A DNA stretch of 64,000 bases. Origin: an uncultured Campylobacterales bacterium. Lineage in GTDB: Bacteria > Campylobacterota > Campylobacteria > Campylobacterales > JAADDG01. The notes below the pieces were generated by a model. That model saw only the letters and a list, made by a program, of their open reading frames with translations, did not search any database and was not told the origin of the DNA. Position numbers and translations under genes: made by a program. The DNA is taken from the NCBI GenBank assembly GCA_964450755.1, contig CAYVDJ010000100.1, positions 1,665 to 65,664 on the forward strand, read 5' to 3'. Within the stretch, counting starts at the first letter, position 1, and each line of letters begins with the position of its first letter. Of the stretch, positions 18,488 to 27,685 are shown piece by piece.

Positions 18488-20135
18488 CTCCCTTTTCTAT
18501 TATAGGTAGTTTGATGGTAAATAAAGCTCCATCTTCTAAATTTTTCGCCTCTAAAAGTCCTTTCATACTCTGTTCTATAATCATTTTGGACATATAAAGT
18601 CCAAGACCGGTTCCCTGGGAACTGTGTTTTGTAGTAAAATAGGGTTCAAATATCTTGTCTATGATTTTGTTATCTATTCCGCCTCCGTTATCTTTGATTG
18701 TGATAACAGCTGTTTTGTCGCTTCTTGTTTCTCCAAACAAAAAACAGCTCTCCTCTTTTTGGATTTCGATCTCTATCTTTCTTTTGCATTTCATTTTTTT
18801 TATTAAAGCATCTTTTGCATTGTTGATGATATTGACTATTACCTGTGAAAACTCATTTTGAAAACCTTTGACTATTATATCACTTTTGCTCTTTATCTTT
18901 ATAGATATGTTTTCTCTTTTTAAACTTCCTTTTACGATTGCCAAAGAGTAATTCAGTGCCTCTTTGATACTGAAATATTCATACTTTTTATCCGGTTTGA
19001 AGAAATTTTGAAAATCAATAATTGTCTGAGACATTCTCTCTATGATAAAATTGCTTTTTTCATAGAGTTTTTGCATTTTCATATCATCCAGATTATCGGC
19101 TTTGAAACTCTTTTTTATTTGATAGATCAAAAGACCGAGTTCCATCAGAGGTTGCCTCCACTGATGTGCAATGTTTCCCAACATCTCTCCCAAAGATGCC
19201 AAACGGGCTTGTTGGAACATCAGCCTGTCTTTTTCTCTGTTTTTTTTGACCTCTTCTTTTATCTTTTTTTCAAGGTTGATATTTAATTCTCTTAGTTTTT
19301 TTGTCTGCTCCTGTACCTTTTTTTCAAGATTTATATTCAGTCTTTTTAACTCTTCCTCTTTTTTCTTCAATCTTTCTTGAAGTTTGATATTTTTTGTTAC
19401 ATCATATCTTATTGCGACAAATTCCACAATTTCCGATCTTGAATCCAGTATCGGGATAACGGTCGTATTTAGATAAAATGTCTCTCCGTCTTTTGCTCTG
19501 TTTTTTACAGTTCCTTTCCAAATCTGCTTACTTAAAATTACTTTCCAGAATTTTTCAAAAGTCTCTTTTGGAACATCGGGATGTCTTACGATATTGTGGT
19601 TTTGACCGATCAGATTTTCTCTTTGGTATTTTGAGATTTTACAAAATTCGTTATTGGCATAGGTGATAATTCCGTTTATATCTGTTTTTGAAACGATATT
19701 ACTGCTGTCTATGGCAGCTTTGTACTGATGCAGCAAAAAAGTATTGTACTCTTTTGCTTTTTGCAGAAAAATTTTGGTTTCCAGTTTTTGAAGAGATGTT
19801 TTTAAATCATTCAGATTTAGAGGTAAAGTGAGGTATTTATAAACATTTATATTGACAGCTTTTAAAAGTTCATCACTGTTTTTTGAACCTATTATAATAA
19901 TTTCGATATTGGGATTTATCTCTTTTAGTTTTTCTATATCATCTAAACGATCAGAACCGCTTAAAATAATATCAAAGTTTTCACTTTTAAATATTTTTAT
20001 GAAATTTATATCTATATCAACAGATACTATTTTTGAGAAAAATGGTTTTAGAAACTCTTTTAGGATATTTTTATCAATATATGAAGATTTTAATAGAAGA
20101 AGGTTGAATTTTTTTATAGGTTTTGTGGTAGTCAT
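18462..20135 (-). CDS. Cytoplasmic sensor histidine kinase (degenerate REC-like N-domain, PAS, HisKA, HATPase)
   Basis: 557 aa with no hydrophobic segments. PAS motif NNEFCKISKY...RHPD, H-box NIAHQWRQPL, and G-boxes DNGGGI and GTGLGLY. Overlaps the RR gene by 26 nt. Confidence 0.88.
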   Translation of the reverse strand: MTTTKPIKKFNLLLLKSSYIDKNILKEFLKPFFSKIVSVDIDINFIKIFKSENFDIILSGSDRLDDIEKLKEINPNIEIIIIGSKNSDELLKAVNINVYKYLTLPLNLNDLKTSLQKLETKIFLQKAKEYNTFLLHQYKAAIDSSNIVSKTDINGIITYANNEFCKISKYQRENLIGQNHNIVRHPDVPKETFEKFWKVILSKQIWKGTVKNRAKDGETFYLNTTVIPILDSRSEIVEFVAIRYDVTKNIKLQERLKKKEEELKRLNINLEKKVQEQTKKLRELNINLEKKIKEEVKKNREKDRLMFQQARLASLGEMLGNIAHQWRQPLMELGLLIYQIKKSFKADNLDDMKMQKLYEKSNFIIERMSQTIIDFQNFFKPDKKYEYFSIKEALNYSLAIVKGSLKRENISIKIKSKSDIIVKGFQNEFSQVIVNIINNAKDALIKKMKCKRKIEIEIQKEESCFLFGETRSDKTAVITIKDNGGGIDNKIIDKIFEPYFTTKHSSQGTGLGLYMSKMIIEQSMKGLLEAKNLEDGALFTIKLPIIEKGDDEVQRVA

Positions 20136-20222
20136 AAATTTTTACCGATACTCCAAAAAATTGATCAGGATAATGTTGTTGAAGAAAATTATATCGAAAT
20201 TTTTGAAGGAATTTATAAAATG

Positions 20223-20297
20223 TGGCTCCGGATGCAGGATTCGAACCTGCGACCAAGTGGTTAACAGCCACCTACTCTACCGCTGAGCTAATCCGGA
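20223..20297 (-). tRNA. tRNA-Asn (GTT), CCA encoded
   Basis: Folded by hand. Acceptor TCCGGAT/ATCCGGA, anticodon loop CTGTTAA, T-loop GGTTCGAATCC. Confidence 0.95.
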
Positions 20298-20318
20298 ATG
20301 TTTCAAAATTGAGTCGAA

Positions 20319-20347
20319 ATTATACTCAAAAAATTTCATGTTGTCAA
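20319..20347 (-). promoter_or_regulatory. Consensus sigma70-type promoter for tRNA-Asn
   Basis: Minus strand reads TTGACA-N17-TATAAT (-35 at 20342-20347, -10 at 20319-20324). It ends 21 nt upstream of the tRNA 5' end. Confidence 0.6.
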
Positions 20348-20412
20348 GAGTATTTTTGAAATTTGTTGAAATATTGTTTTTTTTAAGAGGCGGAAGGGAT
20401 CCGCCGTTAGAA

Positions 20413-20616
20413 TCAGCTTAGGAAAGTATTAAAAACTCTTTCCAGTTCCGTATAAGGAATATCGCTGTTTTCTGTTATAAATGTTATAGCCTCATAAGGA
20501 TCTCCTTCTGTAATCTCCAAAGCATCCTCTAATAGACTAGCCAAAACATCATCATCTAAATTATCAAGATCTATTTCGCTAAGCATTCCTAAAAGTTCCA
20601 ACTCTTCAACGGTCAT
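20413..20616 (-). CDS. Very acidic small protein (67 aa)
   Basis: Start moved to the ATG at 20616 (MTVEELE...), which is preceded by AGGAGGT. The track TTG start lies inside that RBS. About 20 Asp/Glu versus 1-2 basic residues. Confidence 0.55.
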   Translation of the reverse strand: MTVEELELLGMLSEIDLDNLDDDVLASLLEDALEITEGDPYEAITFITENSDIPYTELERVFNTFLS

Positions 20617-20924
20617 ATATACCTCCTTCAAGTAAAGTAAAACTTACTTTATAAAAATTAATGATAAAATCATACTCTATATAAGTTGAATATTTTACCT
20701 ATTTGCAGTATGAAAAAAATTTTTTAAGCTAATAAAAAGTTTTTCCCTTTTTGTCAGCTTATTGTAGTATCGGAAAAAAAATATTTTTTTAAAGCATGTT
20801 TTGAGCTTTAATTGTATATGATCACCATAAATAAAAGCATTATATTAAACATTTTCAAGGTGATGCTTTTATTATATCGATAATATAATATTATTTTTTT
20901 ATATTTATTTTAAAAGAGTGGAAT

Positions 20925-21911
20925 ATGATTTTAAGTATAGAGAGCAGTTGTGATGACAGTTCCATAGCCGTAACCGATATAGAGACAAAAAAGCTTCTGT
21001 TTCACAAAAAAATATCTCAAGAGTTGGAACACTCAAAATACGGTGGTGTGGTTCCCGAACTTGCTGCAAGACTTCATGCCGTAACACTTCCCAAAATTTT
21101 GGAAGATGCGAAAGCCTATTTTGATGATTTAAAGGCGATAGCGGTTACAAATGAACCCGGTCTTTCGGTAACGCTGATGGAGGGAGTTACTATGGCAAAG
21201 GCTCTTGGTATCTCTTTGAAACTTCCTTTGATAGCGGTCAATCATCTAAAAGGACATATCTATTCTCTGTTTATAGAAAAAGAAGTCCTTTTTCCTCAAA
21301 CGATACTTTTGATCTCCGGAGGACATACGGCTATCATAGAAGCCGACTCATTTCATGATATAAAGGTTATCGCTTCATCTTTGGATGACAGTTTCGGAGA
21401 GAGTTTTGACAAAGTGGCAAAAATGCTCTCTTTGGAGTATCCCGGAGGACCGATAGTGGAAAAATTGGCAAGAGAGGGAGATGAAAACCGGTTTGCTTTT
21501 ACGATACCTCTCTCCAACTCTCCAAAACTTGCCTTTAGCTATTCGGGTATAAAAAATCAGGTAAGATTGCAGATAGAGAAAATTGACAGAAATTCCAAAA
21601 AAGATATTGCAGATGTTTGTGCCTCTTTTCAAAAGACGGCAACCGCCCATCTTTTACAGAAGTGTAAAAAGTATTTCAGACAAAAAAATATAAAAGACTT
21701 TGCACTGGTGGGAGGTGCAAGTGCAAATCTGTATGTAAGAGAGAAGTTTCAAAATCTTTGCAGAGAGTTTGATATAACAATGCATACGGCAAAGTTGCGG
21801 TACTGTTCCGATAATGCCGCTATGATAGGAAGATATGCCTGTGAAGCCTATGAAAAGGCGGTTTTTACACCTTTGGAAGAGTTAAAAGCAAATCCGAGAT
21901 CAACATTTTGA
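20925..21911 (+). CDS. tsaD: tRNA N6-adenosine threonylcarbamoyltransferase
   Basis: 328 aa. [22 protein letters not shown] and the GGASAN pattern of Kae1/TsaD. Confidence 0.92.
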   Translation: MILSIESSCDDSSIAVTDIETKKLLFHKKISQELEHSKYGGVVPELAARLHAVTLPKILEDAKAYFDDLKAIAVTNEPGLSVTLMEGVTMAKALGISLKLPLIAVNHLKGHIYSLFIEKEVLFPQTILLISGGHTAIIEADSFHDIKVIASSLDDSFGESFDKVAKMLSLEYPGGPIVEKLAREGDENRFAFTIPLSNSPKLAFSYSGIKNQVRLQIEKIDRNSKKDIADVCASFQKTATAHLLQKCKKYFRQKNIKDFALVGGASANLYVREKFQNLCREFDITMHTAKLRYCSDNAAMIGRYACEAYEKAVFTPLEELKANPRSTF

Positions 21912-21984
21912 ACTCTTTAAGCAAATTTTTGGTATATTCATCTCTTTTATTTTATAAACAACTATTTAAAAAGGACAAGTATAT

Positions 21985-23310
21985 ATGCAAGTTAATGTAG
22001 AAAAAATTGACGGAGCAAATGCGTCGGCAAAAGGTACTATTCCAAAAGAGATTTTGGCAAAACAAGAGGATCAAATATCCAAAGAGATAGCAAAAAGTGC
22101 TGATATTCCGGGTTTTAGAAAGGGAAAAGTTCCCCCACAAATCATAAAAAACAGATACAAAGATAAAATTGCCCAGGATGCAAAATCACAAAGTATTCAG
22201 GATTTCTTTGACAAAGCTCTTAGAGATTTGGAAATTGAGAGAGAAAGTGTTATAGGTGAGCCTTTTTTTGATAAATTTGAAGAGGGAGAAAACGGTATCG
22301 AAGTAGAGATGACAATCTCTTACAGACCCAAAATCGAACTTGGAAACTACAAAGAGTTGATCTCTGATTTTGAAGAGCCGCAAGTAAGTGAAGAGGAGAT
22401 AAACGAGAGAATCAACCAGATGTTAAAAACATCTGCTCCTTTGAAAAAGGTGGAAGAGGAGAGAGAACTTCAAAACGGCGATTTTGCTTTGATAGATTTT
22501 GAAGGATTTCTTGACGGAGAGCCTTTTGAAGGCGGAAAAGCGGAAGGACATCTTTTGGAGATAGGAAGCGGAAGTTTTATTCCGGGTTTTGAAGAACAGC
22601 TTACAGGTATGAAAGCGGGAGAGACAAGAGAGATAAAAGTTACTTTTCCCGAAAATTACGGTTCCAAAAATCTTGCAGGAAAAGAGACAACTTTTAAAGT
22701 AACTCTTCATGAGATTCAACAAAAAGATATCCCTTCTTTGGACAATATAGACGAAGAGACTTTGAAAAAACTTCTTATGGGAGCCGAGAATCCGACGGTT
22801 GATACATTGAAAGAGAGAGTAAAAGATCAGCTTGTTTCCGAGAAGATGGGAAAACTTTACAATGAAGAGCTAAAACCGGCGCTTGTGGAGAAATTTATAG
22901 AGAATATCTCTTTTGACCTTCCCAAAAATATCGTAGAGCAAGAGATAGATATGGCATTTAGAAACGCTTATGCCACAATGAGTGAAGAGGAACAAAAAGA
23001 GTATCAAGAAGATGTTGAAAAAGTAAAACAAAAAAGAGAAGAGCTTAAAAAAGATGCAAGTAACAGTGTAAAACTTACTTTTATAGTAGATGAACTTGCA
23101 AAAATAGAAAATGTAACTGTAAATGATCAAGAACTCTCACAAACCATCTATTTTGAGGCTTTGCAAACAGGAAAAAATCCTCAGGAACTTCTTGATTATT
23201 ACAAAAAACAAAATCTGCTACCAGCTCTTAAAATGGCAATGGTAGAGGATAAACTTTTCTCAAAACTGTTCGATAATAAACTCAAAGAGAGTAAAGGAGA
23301 AGAGAGTTAA
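21985..23310 (+). CDS. tig: Trigger factor
   Basis: 441 aa. FKBP-type PPIase core [20 protein letters not shown]...FIPGFEEQL. Sits in the canonical tig-clpP order. Confidence 0.92.
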   Translation: MQVNVEKIDGANASAKGTIPKEILAKQEDQISKEIAKSADIPGFRKGKVPPQIIKNRYKDKIAQDAKSQSIQDFFDKALRDLEIERESVIGEPFFDKFEEGENGIEVEMTISYRPKIELGNYKELISDFEEPQVSEEEINERINQMLKTSAPLKKVEEERELQNGDFALIDFEGFLDGEPFEGGKAEGHLLEIGSGSFIPGFEEQLTGMKAGETREIKVTFPENYGSKNLAGKETTFKVTLHEIQQKDIPSLDNIDEETLKKLLMGAENPTVDTLKERVKDQLVSEKMGKLYNEELKPALVEKFIENISFDLPKNIVEQEIDMAFRNAYATMSEEEQKEYQEDVEKVKQKREELKKDASNSVKLTFIVDELAKIENVTVNDQELSQTIYFEALQTGKNPQELLDYYKKQNLLPALKMAMVEDKLFSKLFDNKLKESKGEES

Positions 23311-23897
23311 TGAGTTATGTTCCTATCGTCGTAGAAAAAACAGGACGGGGAGAGAGAAGTTATGATATCTATTCACGACTTCTAAAAGACAGAATTATCA
23401 TGTTAAGCGGCGAAATCAATGATGCGGTAGCTTCAACGATAGTCGCACAGCTTCTCTTTTTGGAAGCTGAAGATCCCGATAAAGATATCTATCTTTATAT
23501 CAACTCTCCGGGGGGAGTTATCACCAGCGGATTTAGCATATATGATACGATGAATTATATAAAACCTCAAGTCAGCACTATCTGTATAGGTCAGGCTGCC
23601 TCTATGGGGGCTTTTTTGTTAAGTTGCGGTGAGAAAGGCAAAAGATATGCTCTTCCAAACTCAAGAATAATGATCCATCAGCCTTTGGGAGGCGCACAGG
23701 GTCAGGCAACCGATATCGAAATACAGGCAAAAGAGATATTGAGACTAAAACATATCATCAATGAGATACTTGCGGAAAATACCTCTCAGAGTATCAAAAA
23801 GATAGCAAAAGATACAGAAAGAGACTTTTTTATGAGTGCCAAAGAGGCGGCGGCATACGGTTTGGTAGATAAAGTACTGGAAAAAAGTTTTAAATAG
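23310..23897 (+). CDS. clpP: ATP-dependent Clp protease proteolytic subunit
   Basis: 195 aa with [15 protein letters not shown] (Ser) and MIHQP (His) motifs. Confidence 0.96.
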   Translation: MSYVPIVVEKTGRGERSYDIYSRLLKDRIIMLSGEINDAVASTIVAQLLFLEAEDPDKDIYLYINSPGGVITSGFSIYDTMNYIKPQVSTICIGQAASMGAFLLSCGEKGKRYALPNSRIMIHQPLGGAQGQATDIEIQAKEILRLKHIINEILAENTSQSIKKIAKDTERDFFMSAKEAAAYGLVDKVLEKSFK

Positions 23898-23905
23898 GAA
23901 AAGAG

Positions 23906-24421
23906 TTGATAAGAGAAATTGTTACCTATCCTGATAAAATATTGAAAAAAAAATCAAAAGATGTGGAGAGATTTGATAAAGAGCTTCACACTCTTTTGGA
24001 TGACATGTATGAGACGATGATAGAAAAAAAGGGGATCGGTTTGGCTGCAATCCAGATAGCCGTACCCCTGAATGCTCTTATCATAAATCTCTCAGACGAA
24101 GAGGGAAACCAGTCAAAAGATGATCTCATAGAAGTTATCAATCCCAAAATCCTTTTGCAGGAGGGGATAACAACCTATACCGAAGGCTGTCTCAGTGTCC
24201 CTGAATATTATGATGATGTGGAACGCTCCAAATGGATAAAAGTAGAGTATTTTGACAGATTTGGCAATAAAATAGAAAAAGAGTATGATGATCTGATGGC
24301 GATTGCTTTTCAGCATGAGACAGATCACCTAAAAGGTCATCTTTTTATTGAGAAGCTGTCTTTTTTGAAAAGAAAAAAATTTGAAAAAGAGTGGAAAAAG
24401 AGAAACAAGAGGAAAAAGTAG
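23906..24421 (+). CDS. def: Peptide deformylase
   Basis: 171 aa with GIGLAAIQ, EGCLSVP and QHETDHL motifs. TTG start. Confidence 0.92.
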   Translation: MIREIVTYPDKILKKKSKDVERFDKELHTLLDDMYETMIEKKGIGLAAIQIAVPLNALIINLSDEEGNQSKDDLIEVINPKILLQEGITTYTEGCLSVPEYYDDVERSKWIKVEYFDRFGNKIEKEYDDLMAIAFQHETDHLKGHLFIEKLSFLKRKKFEKEWKKRNKRKK

Positions 24422-25933
24422 TTGAAAAAGCTTCATTGTGCCACTTTGGAGGCGATAGAAGCTAAAATCGTAGATGTTGAGGCGGCGTTTGTCAGAGGTC
24501 TGCCCGGATTTTCCATCGTAGGTCTTGCCCAGACATCCATTCAGGAATCAAAAGAGAGGATAAAATCGGCTCTTAGTTCCATCGGATACTCATTTGCACC
24601 TTTAAAAATAACCATCAACCTCTCTCCTTCCGATCTGAAAAAAGAGGGAAGCCATTTTGATCTGCCTATCTCCCTTTTGATAGCTCTCCAGCAGGAAGAT
24701 GATATAAATTTTGATGAATTTTTTGTTTTTGGAGAGTTGGGACTTGACGGAAAAGTAAAAGACACCTCTTCTTTGTTCGCTCTTATCCTCTCTCTGGCAA
24801 AAAACAGAGAGATAAAAAAGGTGCTTGTTCCAAAAGAGAGTATAGAGAAGATATCGAAAATCATCGGTATAGAGGTTTATGCGGTGGATACTCTTGAGGA
24901 GGCGATAGCGTTTTTTACCGATCCCTCTTTGCAAAAAAAAGTTCAGACAAAAGATTTTGATTTTGACTATATAAAAGATCAGGATAAAAGATACTATTTT
25001 CTTGATGAATTTCCTCTTGATTTCAAAGATGTAAAAGGTCAGGAGATAGCAAAAAGAGCCTCTTTGATAGCAGCAGCCGGAATGCACAACATACTTTTGG
25101 AAGGAAGTCCGGGATGTGGCAAAAGTATGTGTGCCAAAAGGCTTAGATATATCCTCCCTCCACTCTCTTTGGAAGAGATTTTGGAAAATGCGAAACTCTC
25201 CTCCATCGATCAAAAAGAGATAAGTTTCAAACCGATAAGAAACTTCAGATCTCCTCATCACAGCTCTTCAAGAGCAAGTGTTTTCGGAGGCGGAGCAAGA
25301 AGCGCAAAGATAGGAGAGGTGGCTTTGGCAAATAACGGCATACTCTTTTTTGACGAATTTCCACATTTTCCAAAAGCGCTTTTGGAGAGTTTGAGAGAGC
25401 CTTTGGAAGATCACAAAGTTCTCATCTCAAGAGTCAATTCAAAAGTGGAGTATCAGACAAAATTTCTTTTTATAGCGGCGATGAATCCCTGCCCCTGCGG
25501 CAATCTTCTAAGCTCCTCAAAAGAGTGCAGATGCAGTGAACTTGAGATCAAAAGATACAAAAACAGACTCTCTTCACCTCTTCTTGACAGGATAGATATC
25601 TTTGTGCAGATGGAGGAGTTAAAAGAGGATGACAAAGCGACAATCTCTTCCAAAGAGATGTTTGAGAGGGTTAAAAAAGCCTTCTTGATGCAAAAAAGAA
25701 GAGAGCAAAAAGAGTTTAACGGCAAACTGAGCGACGAAGAGATAGTAAAACAGTGCAAAATCTCAAATGAAAGCGAAAAGATCCTCTTACAGGCGGTTAA
25801 AAGATTTGCTTTAAGCAGACGGGGAATCAATAAAGTTTTAAAAGTATCAAGAACAATAGCTGATCTTGATGAAAGAGAAGCTATAGAGAAAAAAGATATC
25901 TTGGAGGCTTTAAGTTACAGGATGAGGGAGTAA
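24422..25933 (+). CDS. comM: YifB/ComM-family Mg-chelatase-like AAA+ ATPase
   Basis: 503 aa with Walker A EGSPGCGKSM, Walker B ILFFDEF, and a Cys cluster NPCPCG...CRC. Confidence 0.9.
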   Translation: MKKLHCATLEAIEAKIVDVEAAFVRGLPGFSIVGLAQTSIQESKERIKSALSSIGYSFAPLKITINLSPSDLKKEGSHFDLPISLLIALQQEDDINFDEFFVFGELGLDGKVKDTSSLFALILSLAKNREIKKVLVPKESIEKISKIIGIEVYAVDTLEEAIAFFTDPSLQKKVQTKDFDFDYIKDQDKRYYFLDEFPLDFKDVKGQEIAKRASLIAAAGMHNILLEGSPGCGKSMCAKRLRYILPPLSLEEILENAKLSSIDQKEISFKPIRNFRSPHHSSSRASVFGGGARSAKIGEVALANNGILFFDEFPHFPKALLESLREPLEDHKVLISRVNSKVEYQTKFLFIAAMNPCPCGNLLSSSKECRCSELEIKRYKNRLSSPLLDRIDIFVQMEELKEDDKATISSKEMFERVKKAFLMQKRREQKEFNGKLSDEEIVKQCKISNESEKILLQAVKRFALSRRGINKVLKVSRTIADLDEREAIEKKDILEALSYRMRE

Positions 25934-25938
25934 ATGAG
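25920..25938 (+). repeat. Direct repeat, left copy (GGATGAGGGAGTAAATGAG) spanning the comM stop codon
   Basis: Read directly. 18/19 identical to 27686-27704, with an exact 14-nt core AGGGAGTAAATGAG. Confidence 0.85.
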
Positions 25939-26036
25939 AAAGTATGATTGAAATTAAGAAATAATTTGATTTTTGTTTGATATTTATATCGTTGTCTTAA
26001 AAATAGAAAAAATCTCTTTTTTATCTACAAATATTT

Positions 26037-27254
26037 TCAATCTTTTATTGTATTTTGAATACTTTTATCAATTAGATTTGTCATATTTTTACTGACACCG
26101 GTTTCTTTTGCAAAAATTTTCCATCTATTAACCGTATCTTTTATTTTATCGATTATAACTTTGTAGTTTTTTATAAGATATTTTTTTGCCAACTCTTCAA
26201 GATGTTTGATAGTCGGATTTTTACCTTCACCAAGATAAAGAGTGCTGTGTTCACCTCCCGGTCCGTAAGAGAAAGTCAAATCATAAACCGGTGATAATCT
26301 CCATTCACCTTTTTCATTCATCAAAAATGAAAAGTTTTTTGCATGGTCATCTCTGTTATGAGCAAAAAGATTGAAACAGGCAAGTTTGAACATTTTTTCC
26401 TGCTCTTTAAAACTTTTAGTCAGATGCAAAGTAAGTTTTAACAAGTCGTCATAATCCAAAATCGGATATCTAAAATCGCTATGAATGAGTCCTGCAACGG
26501 AGTGCATATGAACTCTTTTATTTTTTATCCTGTCAAACCTCTGTGTGCCGAAATATAGAGTTTTTTTGCCTTTAAACAGTGTGAAATTCGGTGTTTTTAA
26601 TCCTGCTGATTTTGCCATTTGGTTATAAGTATATTCAATGGAAGCTATATCATCACTGTCATATCTTGAAGCAAATTTTATAATCCAGTGAGAAAATCCA
26701 TCATCCAAAGATTCTTTTGCATCAACAATACTTTTTAAATCATCACTGACTTGTACTAAAATTTTGGGTCTTGCTCCTGCCGATGAACCACCTAACATAA
26801 AAAGTTCATCTATTAACTCTTCACTACTGCCTTTTAAAATTTCTTTGGAACCGTTTGCCAAATCATCTAAAATAATATCTTCTACAATAGTTTTATATTC
26901 TTTTGTTGGTTCATAGCTCAAAGCTCCCATACCGTTTTTACCGACAAGTGCCAATCTGTCAAGCGGTGATACATCTTTTAGAGCAATTCCTCTTTTTAAA
27001 AATTCCCTGTCTGTCAAAAGTCTGCCCCACCCGTCAGGTAAACTATCTGCAAATACACCCCAAAGACCATCGAATGTATCATCATCACAACGAAAAACTT
27101 CGGATTTTAATGGTAATTTGTAAGGTGATATTTCTATACCTGTTTTTAAAAATTTTTTATCGTATTCAAAATAAATTTTATTATTTTTGATGGCAAGGGT
27201 ACCGAGTTTTTGAGGTTTTTTTGTATAAAAACAGACATTTAATTTAGTTGTCAT
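26037..27254 (-). CDS. hipA: HipA-family Ser/Thr kinase toxin (type II TA)
   Basis: 405 aa. N-terminal HipA coupling domain, SSAGARPK, and catalytic loop HNRDDHAKNFSFL. Confidence 0.9.
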   Translation of the reverse strand: MTTKLNVCFYTKKPQKLGTLAIKNNKIYFEYDKKFLKTGIEISPYKLPLKSEVFRCDDDTFDGLWGVFADSLPDGWGRLLTDREFLKRGIALKDVSPLDRLALVGKNGMGALSYEPTKEYKTIVEDIILDDLANGSKEILKGSSEELIDELFMLGGSSAGARPKILVQVSDDLKSIVDAKESLDDGFSHWIIKFASRYDSDDIASIEYTYNQMAKSAGLKTPNFTLFKGKKTLYFGTQRFDRIKNKRVHMHSVAGLIHSDFRYPILDYDDLLKLTLHLTKSFKEQEKMFKLACFNLFAHNRDDHAKNFSFLMNEKGEWRLSPVYDLTFSYGPGGEHSTLYLGEGKNPTIKHLEELAKKYLIKNYKVIIDKIKDTVNRWKIFAKETGVSKNMTNLIDKSIQNTIKD

Positions 27255-27525
27255 TTATAACCTCGTCTATACTTTTAAAGTTGTACACATCTTTGTTGCA
27301 TATCTTTTCAAAATCTCCCGAACATTCCAAAATAAAGGCGATTTTCAGTAGTGATTCAAGTGATATTTGTCCGCTTTGTTCAAATCTTTTGACAGAACCT
27401 AAGCTCACATTTGATTTTAGAGCTAGATTTTGTTGTGTGAGTTTTAAAGATTTTCTTCTGTTTTTGAACTTCAGTTTTAGCTCTTGCATGAGCTCATTTG
27501 GAGTTTTTGGAAGAAAAGATAACAT
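27244..27525 (-). CDS. hipB: HipB-like XRE-family HTH antitoxin
   Basis: 93 aa with HTH LTQQNLALKSNVSLGSVKRFEQSG. Overlaps hipA by 11 nt. Confidence 0.8.
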   Translation of the reverse strand: MLSFLPKTPNELMQELKLKFKNRRKSLKLTQQNLALKSNVSLGSVKRFEQSGQISLESLLKIAFILECSGDFEKICNKDVYNFKSIDEVINDN

Positions 27526-27566
27526 ATTGGCTAAAACTCCTCTTTTTTAGTAATTATAGCCAATAT
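27524..27566. promoter_or_regulatory. Perfect 10-bp inverted repeat ATATTGGCTA-N23-TAGCCAATAT (candidate HipB operator)
   Basis: One arm (27524-27533) covers the hipB start codon. The other (27557-27566) covers the -10/spacer edge of the hipBA promoter. Confidence 0.4.
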
Positions 27567-27581
27567 ATTATCCCTTGTCAA
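27553..27581 (-). promoter_or_regulatory. Consensus sigma70-type promoter of hipBA
   Basis: Minus strand reads TTGACA (27576-27581), 17-nt spacer, TATAAT (27553-27558). This is followed by AGAGGAG and the hipB ATG at 27525. Confidence 0.6.
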
Positions 27582-27685
27582 TTTTTTATAGTTTGATTTC
27601 TTCCTTGTCAATACTTTTTTATCAGATTCTTTATTATGTGCTATATAGGTTTTTAGAGATACCCTTATATGTTATACTAGTAGTG

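Noticed and set aside
19255-19385. Imperfect ~54-bp tandem duplication inside the histidine-kinase gene (protein LNINLEKK..., twice).
   Set aside because: It is in frame within the coiled-coil linker between the PAS and HisKA domains. It is a heptad-like internal repeat, not a mobile or regulatory repeat.
20389-20405. GC-rich hairpin GGCGGA-aggga-TCCGCC just after the acidic-protein gene, initially taken for its intrinsic terminator.
   Set aside because: The T8 run lies on the wrong side for both orientations: before the stem on the plus strand, and as an A-run after the stem on the minus strand. It does not fit a canonical rho-independent terminator. It may still be a 3'-end stabiliser.
24602-25261. 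219-aa antisense ORF inside comM. Similar long antisense or alternate-frame ORFs occur at 34232-34837, 60043-60477, 11964-12440, 12448-12885, 2155-2607 and 61074-61388.
   Set aside because: Each lies fully inside, or mostly overlaps, a gene with strong family motifs on the other strand. The translations are low-complexity (Phe/Leu/Ile/Ser-rich) with no motifs and no RBS. This is typical shadow-ORF behaviour in AT-rich genomes.
27553-27581. Using the perfect E. coli-like promoter of hipBA as evidence that the islet is foreign.
   Set aside because: Equally perfect TTGACA-N17-TATAAT promoters drive the native tRNA-Asn and tRNA-cluster genes, so the motif is native to this genome and says nothing about origin.
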